Of a DNA stretch of 64,000 nt, positions 1 through 11,761 are shown in pieces. The stretch is taken from positions 620,001-684,000 of the forward strand of contig JAWMAR010000611.1 in the NCBI GenBank assembly GCA_036785375.1, given 5' to 3'. A model generated the notes under the pieces. That model was not told the DNA's origin and ran no database searches. It saw nothing but the letters and a program-made list of their open reading frames with translations. Within the stretch, counting starts at the first letter, position 1, and every line of letters starts with the position of its first letter. Position numbers and translations under genes: made by a program. The DNA comes from Leucoraja ocellata. Its lineage: Eukaryota.

Positions 1-419
1 GTCCATTGGATTTTGTAGTTTATCTTGGTCTCTTAGCCTTCCATGTTAGACCATTATTATCTTTGTTGATAATAAATAAGGTGCTCCTTTAAAAACAAAA
101 ATTAAAAAGGGAAACTGCGTATAAAATGAGCAACAATGCTCAATGAAAGCTCTCTGGACCATATGAATTCTATGATCTTTTGTTTAATCAGTGTTGTGGG
201 GGAACGGTATGTGTGTGTTTCTGTGTGTGAGTGGCAAGATAGAGATAATATATTTCAAAGTTCCTCATGGACCAGAAGTAACTTTGATTTAAAGCAACTT
301 ATGATGTACATGAGCCATTCTCATGAAGTACATAAGCCATAAAGACAATTATATTCGCCTTTATATTTTGCTATAAGATATAAGGAACATAAGCCATAAG
401 CCAATATATTTGCCTATAT

Positions 420-823
420 TTATATATTATAAACACATATATTATATACATGATACACAGATATATAAATGTATATTGATGTATATAATTATATAACACA
501 CATACATAATTCTCTAGTTTCTTATATATATATAAACACATTATATATATATATATATATATAATGAATATATGTTTATATATATATAAAGAAACTCGAG
601 AAATATGTATGTGTGTGTTATATATTTATATACATATATATCACACATATATGCATCATATATATATACATATACATCACACATATACGCGCATCATATA
701 TATATATATATGATGCGTGTATATATATGTGATGTATATGTATGTAAATATGATGCGTATATATGTGATATATATGTATTTAAATATATAACACACACAT
801 ATGTATGTTTCTCGAGTTTCTTT
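420..823. repeat. (TA)n-rich low-complexity tract with overlapping fold-back palindromes
   Basis: AAAGAAACTCGAGAAA at 588-603 and its reverse complement TTTCTCGAGTTTCTTT at 808-823 bracket a long palindrome centred near 705. A second palindrome centred near 550 reuses the same arm. Confidence 0.85.
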
Positions 824-1115
824 CTTGTGATCTAATTTTGTTGAACTTTTTTTTCATTCATTCAACCTCTCTGAAATCCTATCATTGTGAATAAAATAGT
901 AAGATTAAACGAGAACTTACCAGTTCGAAGTTTGATCTGTATTTTATGAGGAGTAACGTTGAGGGAAGACATGAAGAACCCGCCAGTACGAATGCGTGTC
1001 ATTGTTCAAAGCAGCAGTGTGAATCACAGATACCTGTAATGACTTAAGCATAGTAAGATTAGAGAAAAAGATACCAGTCGTGTTTATGATCAAGGGTGGG
1101 AGCGGAGGGCATGTA

Positions 1116-1222
1116 TTCCCTCAACGTTACTCCTCATAAAATACAGATCAAACTTCGAACTGGTAAGTTCTCGTTTAATCTTACTATTTTACTTCGGAGT
1201 CACGTGCGTGACTACATGAAGA
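1116..1222 (-). repeat. DIRS internal complementary region (ICR)
   Basis: 75 nt complementary to 893-967, joined through TTTT to 36 nt complementary to 8985-9020. Confidence 0.9.
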
Positions 1223-1419
1223 TTTCAAAGCTCTGTGATTCAAGCCGTGGAACGAGTCCATCATCACGTCTGCCTTGGTTATGGGGAGAATAGTGATAAC
1301 ATATTAAACATCAATATGATATATATAAATAACCATAAAGTTAATAATAATTGATAGCCCCTGTTTTTTGGGGTATATTATGGTACAGAAACTTAACAAT
1401 GTTTCTGAAAATTTCCTGT

Positions 1420-2200
1420 TTCCATTATTGGTTTGTTATAATCTTTAGAATGTTCTTTCCGATGGCCATCCTGCAGTCATGAGGATTTTATCCATAGGAA
1501 AACCTCCAATTTAAATGCTGCCGACGTTGCTGCAGCCTGGTGGAGTGAGATTTTAACCAAGTTAGTGTTTACACCAACTTTGGTCAATACTATGTTAGCC
1601 ATTTAGCTGACCTGGCCTGTTATTCTTTAATGAGGCTGTCTGTAGTTGATGAGAAGTTCCTCTTCTGTGCCACTGATGGTCTTGGTTTGTTCCATGTATA
1701 TTTGTAGATGTCTCACAACAGGCAATCATCTGTAGGGTAGGTTCTAAAAATGTTATTTTAAGGCCCGCTCACCCCTGTCTGTTTAGTTCCCTAATTCCTG
1801 AATATAGAAGTGTAAGTTGCCAGGTGAACTGGTCTAGTTATCCAGCCTTAATTTGGTAGGGACTGAGTCCTTAGTGCCGTGACCTAAGCCATCAGCATGA
1901 CAGTTTTGTAAAATGTCAAAAAACTGTAATGACAGCGCTGTGGCTGGAGCCCAGTTCTTTAACAACGTTAAGACGATGCTGATGTCCCGTATTTGGGAAT
2001 ACCTGGTCTTTGGGGAATTCCCATAAAAGTGTCCCCCATAAGCTGTTGTTCCGTTCTCTTGCCATAGGTAAGTAGATGGACCACTTCTGGCACAGTTGAT
2101 ATCACTAATACTAAGCGCCTGTAGGTTAACAAAGCTGCCAAACAGGCTGGATGATGTATTATGGTTGCAACACATCTCCAATTAGTTTATGTATTTTAGA
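1420..2200 (-). pseudogene. DIRS tyrosine recombinase remnant
   Basis: The minus strand near 1430-1555 reads KSHST-R/AAATSAA...DKILMTAGWPSERTF...YNKP, the DIRS YR HSTR...AGW...F...Y motif, with frameshifts and stops. Confidence 0.75.
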
Positions 2201-2289
2201 CATTGTCATTAGGTTGATTGTCTGTGGCCCACTGTGATCATGTCCATTGCTCTGGCCATCAGCCCCAGATGTAATAGTGGCGCTTTCAG

Positions 2290-3750
2290 ACTCTATGATT
2301 TATGCGATTTATATGTTCATGGCACGGGTGGTTTTTCCCATGCTTCATCGTCTGTTTAGGATGGTGCTGCATGGTTCTAATCTCATTCCCAGTAGCGCCG
2401 AGAATCATGGTTGGGTAGGTCAGTGGGGTACTATTAAAAACACCCCTACTGATGAGGTTGCCAAATTGTGTTGGCCAGATTGTTACATGATGTAGATTCC
2501 CTTTTACCCATGTGCTACCACAGTTGATATGTGCTACCACAGTAGTATTGTTAATTTATAATCTATAATAACCTGTTTAACATATTCCAGAGCAACATGA
2601 CTTTAGGCCATGAATAAACACCCAACATTTCCAGGTAGTTATGCCCAGTGTTTGTAATAATGATGCTTCCTGTGTATTCCATCTTCCTCCACAGCTGGAG
2701 ATGGAATTGGTAACACAACATCCTAGTGCATAGCATGCATATGTAGGACCATAGACTGGTTGCTGACAATGATAGGATTGGAGCAATGCCCAATGTTATC
2801 TTTCCACCATTTAGTTCCAATATGGCTTCATCATTCTATCGAAATGATCACCATTAATTTTAAGAGCTCATATTTTGGCCCTCTGTAAATCTTTATAATG
2901 TAAGGGTCTGAATTATGTGGCTGGAACCCATATTCCCAATACCACCTGTTGCCAAAATTCTTGCTACCAGTCTGATGGATGGTTTATCCTCATGTCAATG
3001 ATTTTGCTGTATACCTTTATTAAGATTGTAACCTCTGTTGGCAAAGTTACTGACATGAGGAACTGAGTTATTGGTGAACCCCAAATAATCCCTTTAGTTT
3101 GAAGGCTTTAATTTTGATTTAATTGGATGGATAATGAATCCTAGTTTCCAAATAATTGTTAAAGGGCTGTTACCGTTTTTTTCAGCCTGTCCTAAGTTCC
3201 GCACAATTAGTATGTCATCCAAAGAAGCCATTACCATTGTGTGGCTGGTTGTTATATTTTGTAAATAACCTAGGTGCTAATGTAAACACATTAGGTAGTG
3301 CTCTATACTGCTAGAGCTGAGCCATCCAATTAGATAAAATAACGTCCGTGGTCACCTGTTATGGGTACTGAAAATAGTAAGCATCCTTTGAATCAATGCT
3401 AGCCATTTTCGTTCTTAAAACGAATATACTTAACAATAGAAAAGGTTTCCGTTCTTAACGAATATATCGTATTATTAATTTTATTTATTTATTTATTTTT
3501 AATATATGGTCCCTAGATAAGGGACATATCAGATATTTAAAATGATAAAAACCCAGATATTATGCTTGATCTTGGCCAAAAAGCCGAGATCTGATCTATG
3601 TTTGATGCGTCAAGCGCCATATCCTATTTTGTTAGGAAAGGAATGCGTAGATAATAATTCTTCCCTTACAATGCAGCTAAAACCCATCCGTTGCTGATGT
3701 CCAGTGTCTGTATCCCATATGACATATTTGGTAATTGGTGATTATGTCTG
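2290..3750 (-). pseudogene. DIRS reverse transcriptase / RNase H remnant
   Basis: Minus-strand motifs MASIDSKDAYY (about 3375-3407), QYRALPN..LAPRLFTK (about 3258-3310), MASLDDILIV (3202-3231, degenerate YLDD), LGFIIHPIKSK, and TTVVAHIN in the RNase H region. Confidence 0.75.
3498..3595 (-). pseudogene. RNU2: U2 snRNA retropseudogene, 3'-truncated before the Sm site, with A-rich tail
   Basis: Minus strand ATCAGATCTCGGCTTTTTGGCCAAGATCAAGCATAATATCTGGGTTTTTATCATTTTAAATATCTGATATGTCCCTTATCTAGGGACCATATATTAAA aligns with the first ~97 nt of vertebrate U2. An (AAAT)n tail follows at about 3475-3497. Confidence 0.85.
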
Positions 3751-4800
3751 GATACGAGTAGATCGGCATCTGGTGTTCCATATCGTGTAGAAACATCAGC
3801 AAATACTATAGCCCAATATCCATTTGGTGTTCTCCTCCAAATTCCTCTCTCGATATATCAGCTGGACTAGAAGATTATGTGTTGTAAAATTCTATTGTGT
3901 ATCCCCGGATACTGTTTAAGATATGAGTGCCAAAAAATTATTTATTCAATGTCTTCTCGCACCAACCTCCTTGCTTCCTTCTGGTTTTACTGTTGTCATC
4001 TGGATCCCCGAGGCCGTGTGTTGTGGGTGTACACATCTTCAGATATAGGGGCGATACCTTTGAGGATGATGTTTGGACGTTTAGTTGAGCTCCAATTTGG
4101 CTTCATTGTCCAACTCCTTGACCTTCTAGATTGGTCACCTCCAAATAAAAAAATATTGCTAGGAGGTTTAGGGTTTACACAGGCCCGTGTCAATCCCGGT
4201 TGGATGTAACCAGATGCATAAATTGATTAGTTTAGTACATTCAGGGATTTACAATCCCCAGTGGCAAGTGACCGCTATGGTGTCAGCTAATGTTTGCCCC
4301 TGCAGTAGATAGAAAACATATGGTCTATGCTGGTTTCTAACCTGGTTTGTAGATCTTTCCCAGTTAGCTTTACTCACAGCTGTACTGTTGTTCCCCCTGA
4401 AACATAGACAGACATTCCCATGTGACTTCCCAGATGGGAATGGAATTTGTCAGTAAATGTTTGGACTGCTAAATCCTTCAGTCACAACATAAGTATTCCT
4501 GTATTTCTATCAGGAAAAGACCAATAATGCACTCTATGTACTTTGTGACTTAGAAAAAGCATCTCTTACATCTGTTTACCTGTCCAGGGTTTGCCCTAGA
4601 CTAGACCCCAGCACTCTTCTGACAAAAGAGTCTACTGGATGGAGAGAAGCATGATTATAGCCCTAAGAAAAGGTGCTGCTTCCTTCTCCCTAAGTCTGTC
4701 TTTTCCTCCAGCACTTCCCTGTAATAGTAGAAGTGAGATACAGCCCTGTATAAGGTGCTGCTATGGGAGTTACCCACTCGAGGATTTGTTCTTCTTTTTT

Positions 4801-7800
4801 AGAAAAATAGAAACATAGAAATTAGGTGCAGGAGTAGGCCATTCGGCCCTTTGAGCCTGCACCGCCATTTAATATGATCATGGCTGATCATCCAACTCAG
4901 TATCCCGTACCTGCCTTCTCTCCATACCCTCTGATCCCCTTGGCCACAAGGGCCACATCTAACTCCCTCTTAAATATAGCCAATGAACTGGCCTCAACTA
5001 CCCTCTGTGGCAGAGAGTTCCAGAGATTCACCACTCTCTGTGTGAAAAAAGTTCTCCTCATCTCGGTTTTAAAGGATTTCCCCCCTATCCTTAAGCTGTG
5101 ACCCCTTGTCCTGGACTTCCCCAACATCGGGAACAATCTTCCTGCATCTAGCCTGTCTAACCCCTTAAGAATTTTGTAAGTTTCTATAAGATCCCCTCTC
5201 AATCTCCTAAATTCTAGAGAGTATAAACCAAGTCTATCCAGTCTTTCTTCATAAGACAGTCCTGACATCCCAGGAATCAGTCTGGTGAACCTTCTCTGCA
5301 CTCCCTCTATGGCAATAATGTCCTTCCTCAGATTTGGAGACCAAAACTGTACGCAATACTCCAGGTGTGGTCTCACCAAGACCCTATACAACTGCAGTAG
5401 AACCTCCCTGCTCCTATACTCAAATCCTCTTGCTATGAAAGCCAACATGCCATTCGCTTTCTTTACTGCCTGCTGCACCTGCATGCCTACCTTCAATGAC
5501 TGGTGTACCATGACACCCAGGTCTCGCTGCATCTCCCCCTTTCCCAATCGGCCACCGTTTAGATAATAATCTGCTTTCCCGTTTTTGCCACCAAAATGGA
5601 TAACCTCACATTTATCCACATTAAACTGCATCTGCCAAACATTTGCCCACTCACCCAGCCTATCCAAGTCACCTTGCAGTCTCCTAGCATCCTCCTCACA
5701 CCTAACACTGCCCCCCAGCTTAGTGTCATCCGCAAACCTGGAGATGTTGCCTTCAATTCCCTCATCCAGATCATTAATATATATTGTAAATAGCTGGGGT
5801 CCCAGTACTGAGCCTTGCGGTACCCCACTAGTCACTGCCTGCCATTGTGAAAAGGACCCGTTTACTCCTACTCTTTGCTTCCTGTTTGCCAGCCAGTTCT
5901 CTATCCACATCAATACTGAACCCCCAATGCCATGTGCTTTAAGTTTGTATACTAATCTCTTATGTGGGACCTTGTCGAAAGCCTTCTGGAAGTCCAGATA
6001 CACCACATGTCCACGCTACTAGTTACATCCTCGAAAAATTCTATAAGATTCGTCAGACATGATTTACCATTTGTAAATCCATGCTGACTTTGTCCAATGA
6101 TTTCACCACTTTCCAAATGTGCTGCTATCCCATCTTTAATAACTGACTCTAGCAGTTTCCCCACTACCGATGTTAGGCTAACTGTTCTGTAATTCCCCGT
6201 TTTCTCTCTCCCTCCCTTCTTAAAAAGTGGGGTTACGTTTGCTACCCGCCAATCCTCTGGAACTACTCCAGAATCTAAAGAGTTATGAAAGATTATTACT
6301 AATGCATCCACTATTTCTGGAGCTACTTCCTTAAGTACTCTGGGATGCAGCCTATCTGGCCCTGGGGATTTATCGGCCTTTAATCCATTCAATTTACCCA
6401 ACACCACTTCCCGACTAACCTGGATTTCACTCAATTCCTCCACCTCCTTTGACCCGCGGGCCCCTGCTATTTCCGGCAGATCATTTATGTCTTCCTTAGT
6501 GAAGACGGAACCAAAGTAGTTATTCAATTGGTCCGCCATATCCTGGTTCCCCATGATCAACTCACCTGTTTCTGACTGCAAGAGACCTACATTTGTTTTA
6601 ACTAATCTCTTTCTTTTCACATATCTATAAAAACGTTTGCAGTCAGTTTTTATGTTCACTGCCAGTTTTCTTTCATAATCCATTTTTCCTTTTCTAATTA
6701 AGCCCTTCGTCCTCCTCTGCTGGTCTCTGAATTTCTCCCAGTCCTCCGGTATGCTGCTTTTTCTGGCTAGTTTGTACGCATCATCCTTTGCTTTGATACT
6801 ATCCCTGATTTCCCTTGTTATCCATGGATGCACTACCTTCCCTGATTTATTCTTTTGCCAAACTGGGATGAACAATTTTTGTAGTTCATCCATGCAGTCT
6901 TTAAATGCCTTCCATTGCATATCCACCGTCAACCCTTTTAGAATTAATTGCCAGTCAATCTTGGCCAATTCACGTCTCATACCCTCAAAGTTACCTTTCT
7001 TTAAGTTCAAAACCATTGTTTCTGAATTAACAATGTCACTCCCCATCCTAATGAAGAACTCAACCATATTATGGTCACTCTTGCCCAAGGGGCCACGCAC
7101 AACAAGATTGCTAACTAACCCTTCCTCATTACTCAATACCCAGTCTAAAATAGCCAGCTCTCTCGTTGGTTCCTCTACATGTTGGTTTAGATAACTATCC
7201 TGCATACATTCCAAGAAATCCTCTTCCTCAGCACCCCTGCCAGTTTGATTCACCCAATCTATATGTAGATTGAAGTCACCCATTATAACTGCTTTGCCTT
7301 TGTCGCAAGCATTTCTAATTTCCTGTTTGATGCCATCCCCAACTTCACTACAACTGTTAGGTGGCCTGTACACAACACCCACCAGCGTTTTCTGCCCCTT
7401 ATTGTTTCGCAGCTCTACCCATACCGATTCCACATCCTCCAAACTAATGTCCTTCCTTTCCATTGCGTTAATCTCCTCTCTAACCAGCAACACTACCCCA
7501 CCTCCTTTTCCTTTCTCTCTATCCTTCCTGAATATTGAATATCCCGGGATGTTCAGCTCCCAGCCTTGGTCACCCTGGAGCCATGTCTCCGTGATCCCAA
7601 CTATATCATAATCATTAATGGCTATCTGCACGTTCAACTCATCCACCTTATTACGAATACTCCTTGCATTGAGACACAAAGCCTTCAGGCTTGTTTTTAC
7701 AACGCTCTTACCCCTTATACAATTATGTTGAAAAGTGGCCCTTTTTGATTTTTGCCCTGGTTTTGTCTGCCTGCCACTTTTACTTTTCACCTTGCTACCT

Positions 7801-7940
7801 ATTGCTTCTACCTTCATTTTACACCCCCCTGCCCCTCTGCTCTTGTACCCATCCCCCTGCCACATTAGTTTAAATCCTCCCTGACAGCAGTAGCAAACAC
7901 CCCCCCAAGGACATTGGTTCCATTCCAGCCCAGGTGCAGA
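4801..7940 (-). mobile_element. CR1 LINE, 5'-truncated within ORF1, near-complete ORF2 (APE endonuclease + RT) broken by a ~16-nt deletion near 6009
   Basis: ORFs 5952-7991 (LNARSI, GITETW, MGDFN, SDH) and 4897-6006 (LDFQKAFD, GVPQGS, FADD). ORF1 esterase end LHLGWNGTN near 7915-7940. (TTTCTATG)n tail at 4801-4820. The deletion is evident against the copy at 37350-37390. Confidence 0.95.
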
Positions 7941-8039
7941 CCGTCCTGCGTCCTGCATCCTGCATCCTTTTTTGGACCTGCATCGCTGCAAACGCGTTAT
8001 GTTCTCGCAGGTGCAGGTCCCGCAGTGTCAACGCGTTGC

Positions 8040-8560
8040 AGTGCTCAGGGCACTGAGTCCCCTGTAGTGCCGTTGGCCTGCGGTGCTCCAAAGCGCGGTG
8101 CAGTGCTCACGGCACTGAGCCGCCCGTAGTACCGGTAGCCTGCAGTGCTCCAACACGGTTCAGTCCTCTCGGGGAGCTGGCCGCTCGCAACGGCAGGTAT
8201 GGTGGTTTTGACGCGGTGCAGTGCTCTGCACTGTGCCGCTCCTTTCCCACGTGGGCCTGCGGTGCTCCAACGCGGTTGAGTCCTCTCGGGGGGCTGGCCT
8301 CTCGCAACCGCAGGTATGGTGGTTTTAACGCGGTGCAGTGCTCCCCACCATGCCGCTCCTTTCTCATTTGGGCCTGCGGTGCTCCAACGCAGTTCAGTCC
8401 TCTCGGGGAACTGGCCGCTCACAACCGCAGGTATGGTGGTTTTAACGCGGTGCAGTGCTCCCCACTGTGCCGCTGCTTCCCCCTTGGGCCTGCTGTGCTC
8501 CAACGCGGTGCAGTCCTCTCGGGGAACTGGCCGCTCGCAACGCAGGCCCAGCAGCTCCAA
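8040..8560 (-). repeat. GC-rich 117-bp tandem repeat (about 3.5-4 units) in the DIRS 5'/gag region
   Basis: ORF 8045-8620 repeats a 39-aa unit (WGALHRVKTTIPAV...RWSTAGP). Confidence 0.85.
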
Positions 8561-9342
8561 CGCGTACCCGGTGTTCACGGGCAACGACCGCTCGCTGCTA
8601 TTTTTATTTCTCAGCCCCAAGGACCCATGTAGCGCTCCTTACCCTGTAGGTCCTTGGGCTTTTCCGAATCATCAGATTGACGGCTCCTGAGTGCTCCATC
8701 GGTTGTCGGCGACCCGTACCCTTGCTGGAGCTGAAGTCGCACCGGCTCCCGCCAAGGGAGATTGTCGTGCCACCGGCCGTTGCTGGCTGCCTGCTCCTAT
8801 ATAGCAGCTCTCCCCCGCCAGCTTTCCACAGCCTTCCTGTAAACAAAGGTAAGTAAAAAAGAAACGAAGTTCTCTTACCTACTGTTGTAGGTTCCAAACC
8901 TGCCGTTTGGGAGGAACGTCCTTCCTTCCCACAATGACGTTGCAATGTGTGTAGCAATAATGATACGCATGCGTACTGGTGGGTTCTTCATGTAGTCACT
9001 CACGTGACTCCGAAGTAAAATATAAATGAACACATGCCAAGATATTTTTTCATTCTATATTAGTAAAGTAAGAGTGTATACATACCTACATTGATGCAGA
9101 AGTGTGAGCATTAGACATGAAAACTGTGCATTGCTACCATAGTTTAGTTTTTAATTTAACATATATTTGAGGGAAATTTACATATATTTGAGGGAAATGA
9201 GTTACCCTATTTCCCGGCAATGAAGACGCACCACCATTTGAGTTGCTAAATTTTGAAAAAAGGATGGCGGGAGAGGATCGAGGGTTTGGTTTAGTCCAGG
9301 GGTCCGCAGCCTTTTTTGCACAGGGGCCAGGACCCTCCTGGA

Positions 9343-9467
9343 CTAGCTGCAGTTCCCAGGTCACCTGCGAGCCCCGGGTCTAGCTGCAGTTCCCAGGTCA
9401 CCTGCGAGCCCCGGGTCTAGCTGCAGTTCCCAGGTCACCTGCGAGCCCCGGGTCTCGCTGCGGTTCC
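9343..9467. repeat. 37-bp tandem repeat, 3 full copies plus a partial
   Basis: CTAGCTGCAGTTCCCAGGTCACCTGCGAGCCCCGGGT at 9343, 9380 and 9417. Confidence 0.95.
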
Positions 9468-10462
9468 ACTGTCCGGGCCCGGCAGCCACCCGAACTCTGA
9501 GTGAGTTTTTAAATGTGAATATCTCATAACTAAACATTTGTGGGTTAGCAGTATATTGCATCAAGCCACTCAATTTTAAATCATTCTACAACAAAATTCA
9601 TAAACGAGGATAACACTTTTTATTTCTGTCATTTATGGTAAGATTTACATAATTTATTGTTTTATGTGTGAGATATACAGAGTGTTCAGAACAAAGACGG
9701 CAGTTCTTTGACAAGTACTCCATAGTTCGCTGTAGGAGATCTTATCAACGAGTATTCTGGACCCACTGTCAACATCTGAAATTACAGTAACATATCATAT
9801 AGAATTAACTTATAAGAACAAATCTGATCATAACTACATAACTGCAGAATGAATGATATGTCACTTAAATGCAATTGTTTTCAGGGATGGGGAGAGACAT
9901 GTATATTGAAGATGCATTTTTCCTCTAGTAGGTCAATTTATGCCTACTGAATAAAGTCTGTATTCATGCCTCCTATGTTCTGTTGTGTTGAAGCAAAGCA
10001 AGAATTTCATTGTCCTATCTGGGACACATGACAATAAACTCTCTTGACTTGATTTGACTTGATTTAACTTAAATGTAGAAGAGCTTACAATACCATGCCT
10101 GCCTTACGACAAGAACAAAACCAAAAATGTACAGCAGTGTAAAAATTGATACCCTTATTATTATTTAAGAAGGAACTGCAGATGCTGGAAAATCGAAGGT
10201 AGACAAAAATGCTGGAGAAATTCTTATGGAGCTGGAGCATTTTTGTCTACCTTAATTATTGTGCTAAGTCTATATCTATAAAAGAAGACTTTCTAATAAC
10301 TTGCTCATGTACCAAAAAATGTCATATAATATAATACATTGTCAGGATCATAAGAATAGAATGATATATGTTACGGTCATCATACATTGGGAAGGAAATT
10401 AAGGCTTTAATGTGTGTTCCTCGTGGCTTGTCTTTGTTCCCTACAACACCATTTATCATGTA

Positions 10463-11127
10463 CTAGACTAAGTGGGACCCGTTGGGTCCCAGCATCACAC
10501 GGGGGGGCTGGTCACCAACGCAATATTCCACCTCTCCACCAATTCCAACACTGCTCGCCAGTGGGGGGGTGGGTGGGGAGGGGGGGGCTGTTTGTTGCGC
10601 TAGTATGGGTGTTGCGGGCCGAAGGCACTGGTTTCCAGAGGGCTAGTATAGACATTGTGGGCCGTATGGATGCTTGAGCAGGCATCCAACTGTTGCAACG
10701 ATTTTAAAAGGTAAGGCAAACAATTGGGCTGCAGATACCCGACAACCAAAATTCATTTAGCGAACACAAACTTGTTAAAAAAGGCTGCAGCCACTTTAAA
10801 GTCGCATCGAGGGGACTCACCGTGAAGTAGACGTGCGTTCAGTGTTATTCGCAGCTCAGAGAGCCGTGACCCTCTCGCTTCCTGGTCTGGCAGAGACTGA
10901 ATGAGGCACGACACGCCAGCGGGGGCAGCAGAGAGAATGGGGAATTTTGTAAAAACATTAATATCTCTCTCATTTTTCATCGACGGAAAGAATCCTCCGC
11001 ACTCATATGGCAGAGCGGGGCTCTGAGCGAGGTGGCCAAAAATGATGGCCGTAGGTGGCGGCGTTCTCTCAGAAATCGCAGCACAGTTGGCCAAAAGCGG
11101 TCAAGATCAGAGATTTAGTAATATAGA
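10463..11127 (-). mobile_element. Non-autonomous Helitron
   Basis: The minus strand starts A|TCTATATTACTAAA and ends CTAG|T. A GC hairpin TGGGACCC-GTT-GGGTCCCA (10473-10491) lies just inside the 3' end. Inserted between A and T with no TSD. Confidence 0.8.
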
Positions 11128-11761
11128 TTTTAAACACCATTGATCCGTGTACGTTGTGAATATTTAACACCATTTATCCTGTATTTTAAACACTATTTCA
11201 AACCTGCTTAAACACAAGCCGATTCGGGATCTCCGCGGCTAGGAGGTCCCGAATCGGCCGCCTCCTACTGGAGACCGGGGCTTCATGATGTTGTAGGCCG
11301 CGGGCCGGCGATCGGAGCTTTTCTCTAGCGAGGGATCCTAGACTCTGCGAGAAAGAGTGCACGCTGCCCCCGCGACTAGAAGCTCCACACACCGCAGCTT
11401 CAGGGTGTTATAGTCCGCGGGCCAGCGATCAGAGCAATTCTTCTGGTGACCCCCGGCTCCGCGATCTGAGCTATAGGAAGAGATCAGCCTCAAGACAGAA
11501 AGTTATAATTTTTTTCTTACCTTTTGTCTTTAGTGGGGAATCTGAAGAAAGACTGCTATAATGTGCTCGAATCACTTACATTTACTATAGCAGAACAGCT
11601 CGCTACGCTGGTAGATGTGGATGCCATGATAGAAGCCCATTTAAAAAAAACGCTCATATATATGATTCTCAAAATGGCGCGCAAAAAATTACCCATGAGC
11701 CTATGACCGTACTACAGCTTTTTCGTCGAGTGGTTTATCTTGCTCCTCTATAATCTTTGGT

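Larger units (their letters stand above)
893..9020 (-). mobile_element. DIRS1-like tyrosine-recombinase retrotransposon, both termini present, ORFs decayed, interrupted by a U2 retrocopy and a CR1
   Basis: The element begins TTTTACTTCGG (9020) and ends ACTATTTT (893) on the minus strand. ITR cores are at about 968-1003 and 8960-8995. ICR 1116-1190 is the exact complement of terminus 893-967, and 1187-1222 matches terminus 8985-9020 with 1 mismatch. RT, RNase H and YR motif remnants lie inside. Confidence 0.9.

Noticed and set aside
8836-8880. Mini-intron (GTAAG...TTTACAG, minus strand) in the DIRS leader
   Set aside because: About 42 nt, below the usual vertebrate minimum, with no transcript evidence.
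9343-9467. CRISPR-like array of 37-bp repeats
   Set aside because: The repeats are contiguous with no spacers, the context is vertebrate, and there are no cas genes.
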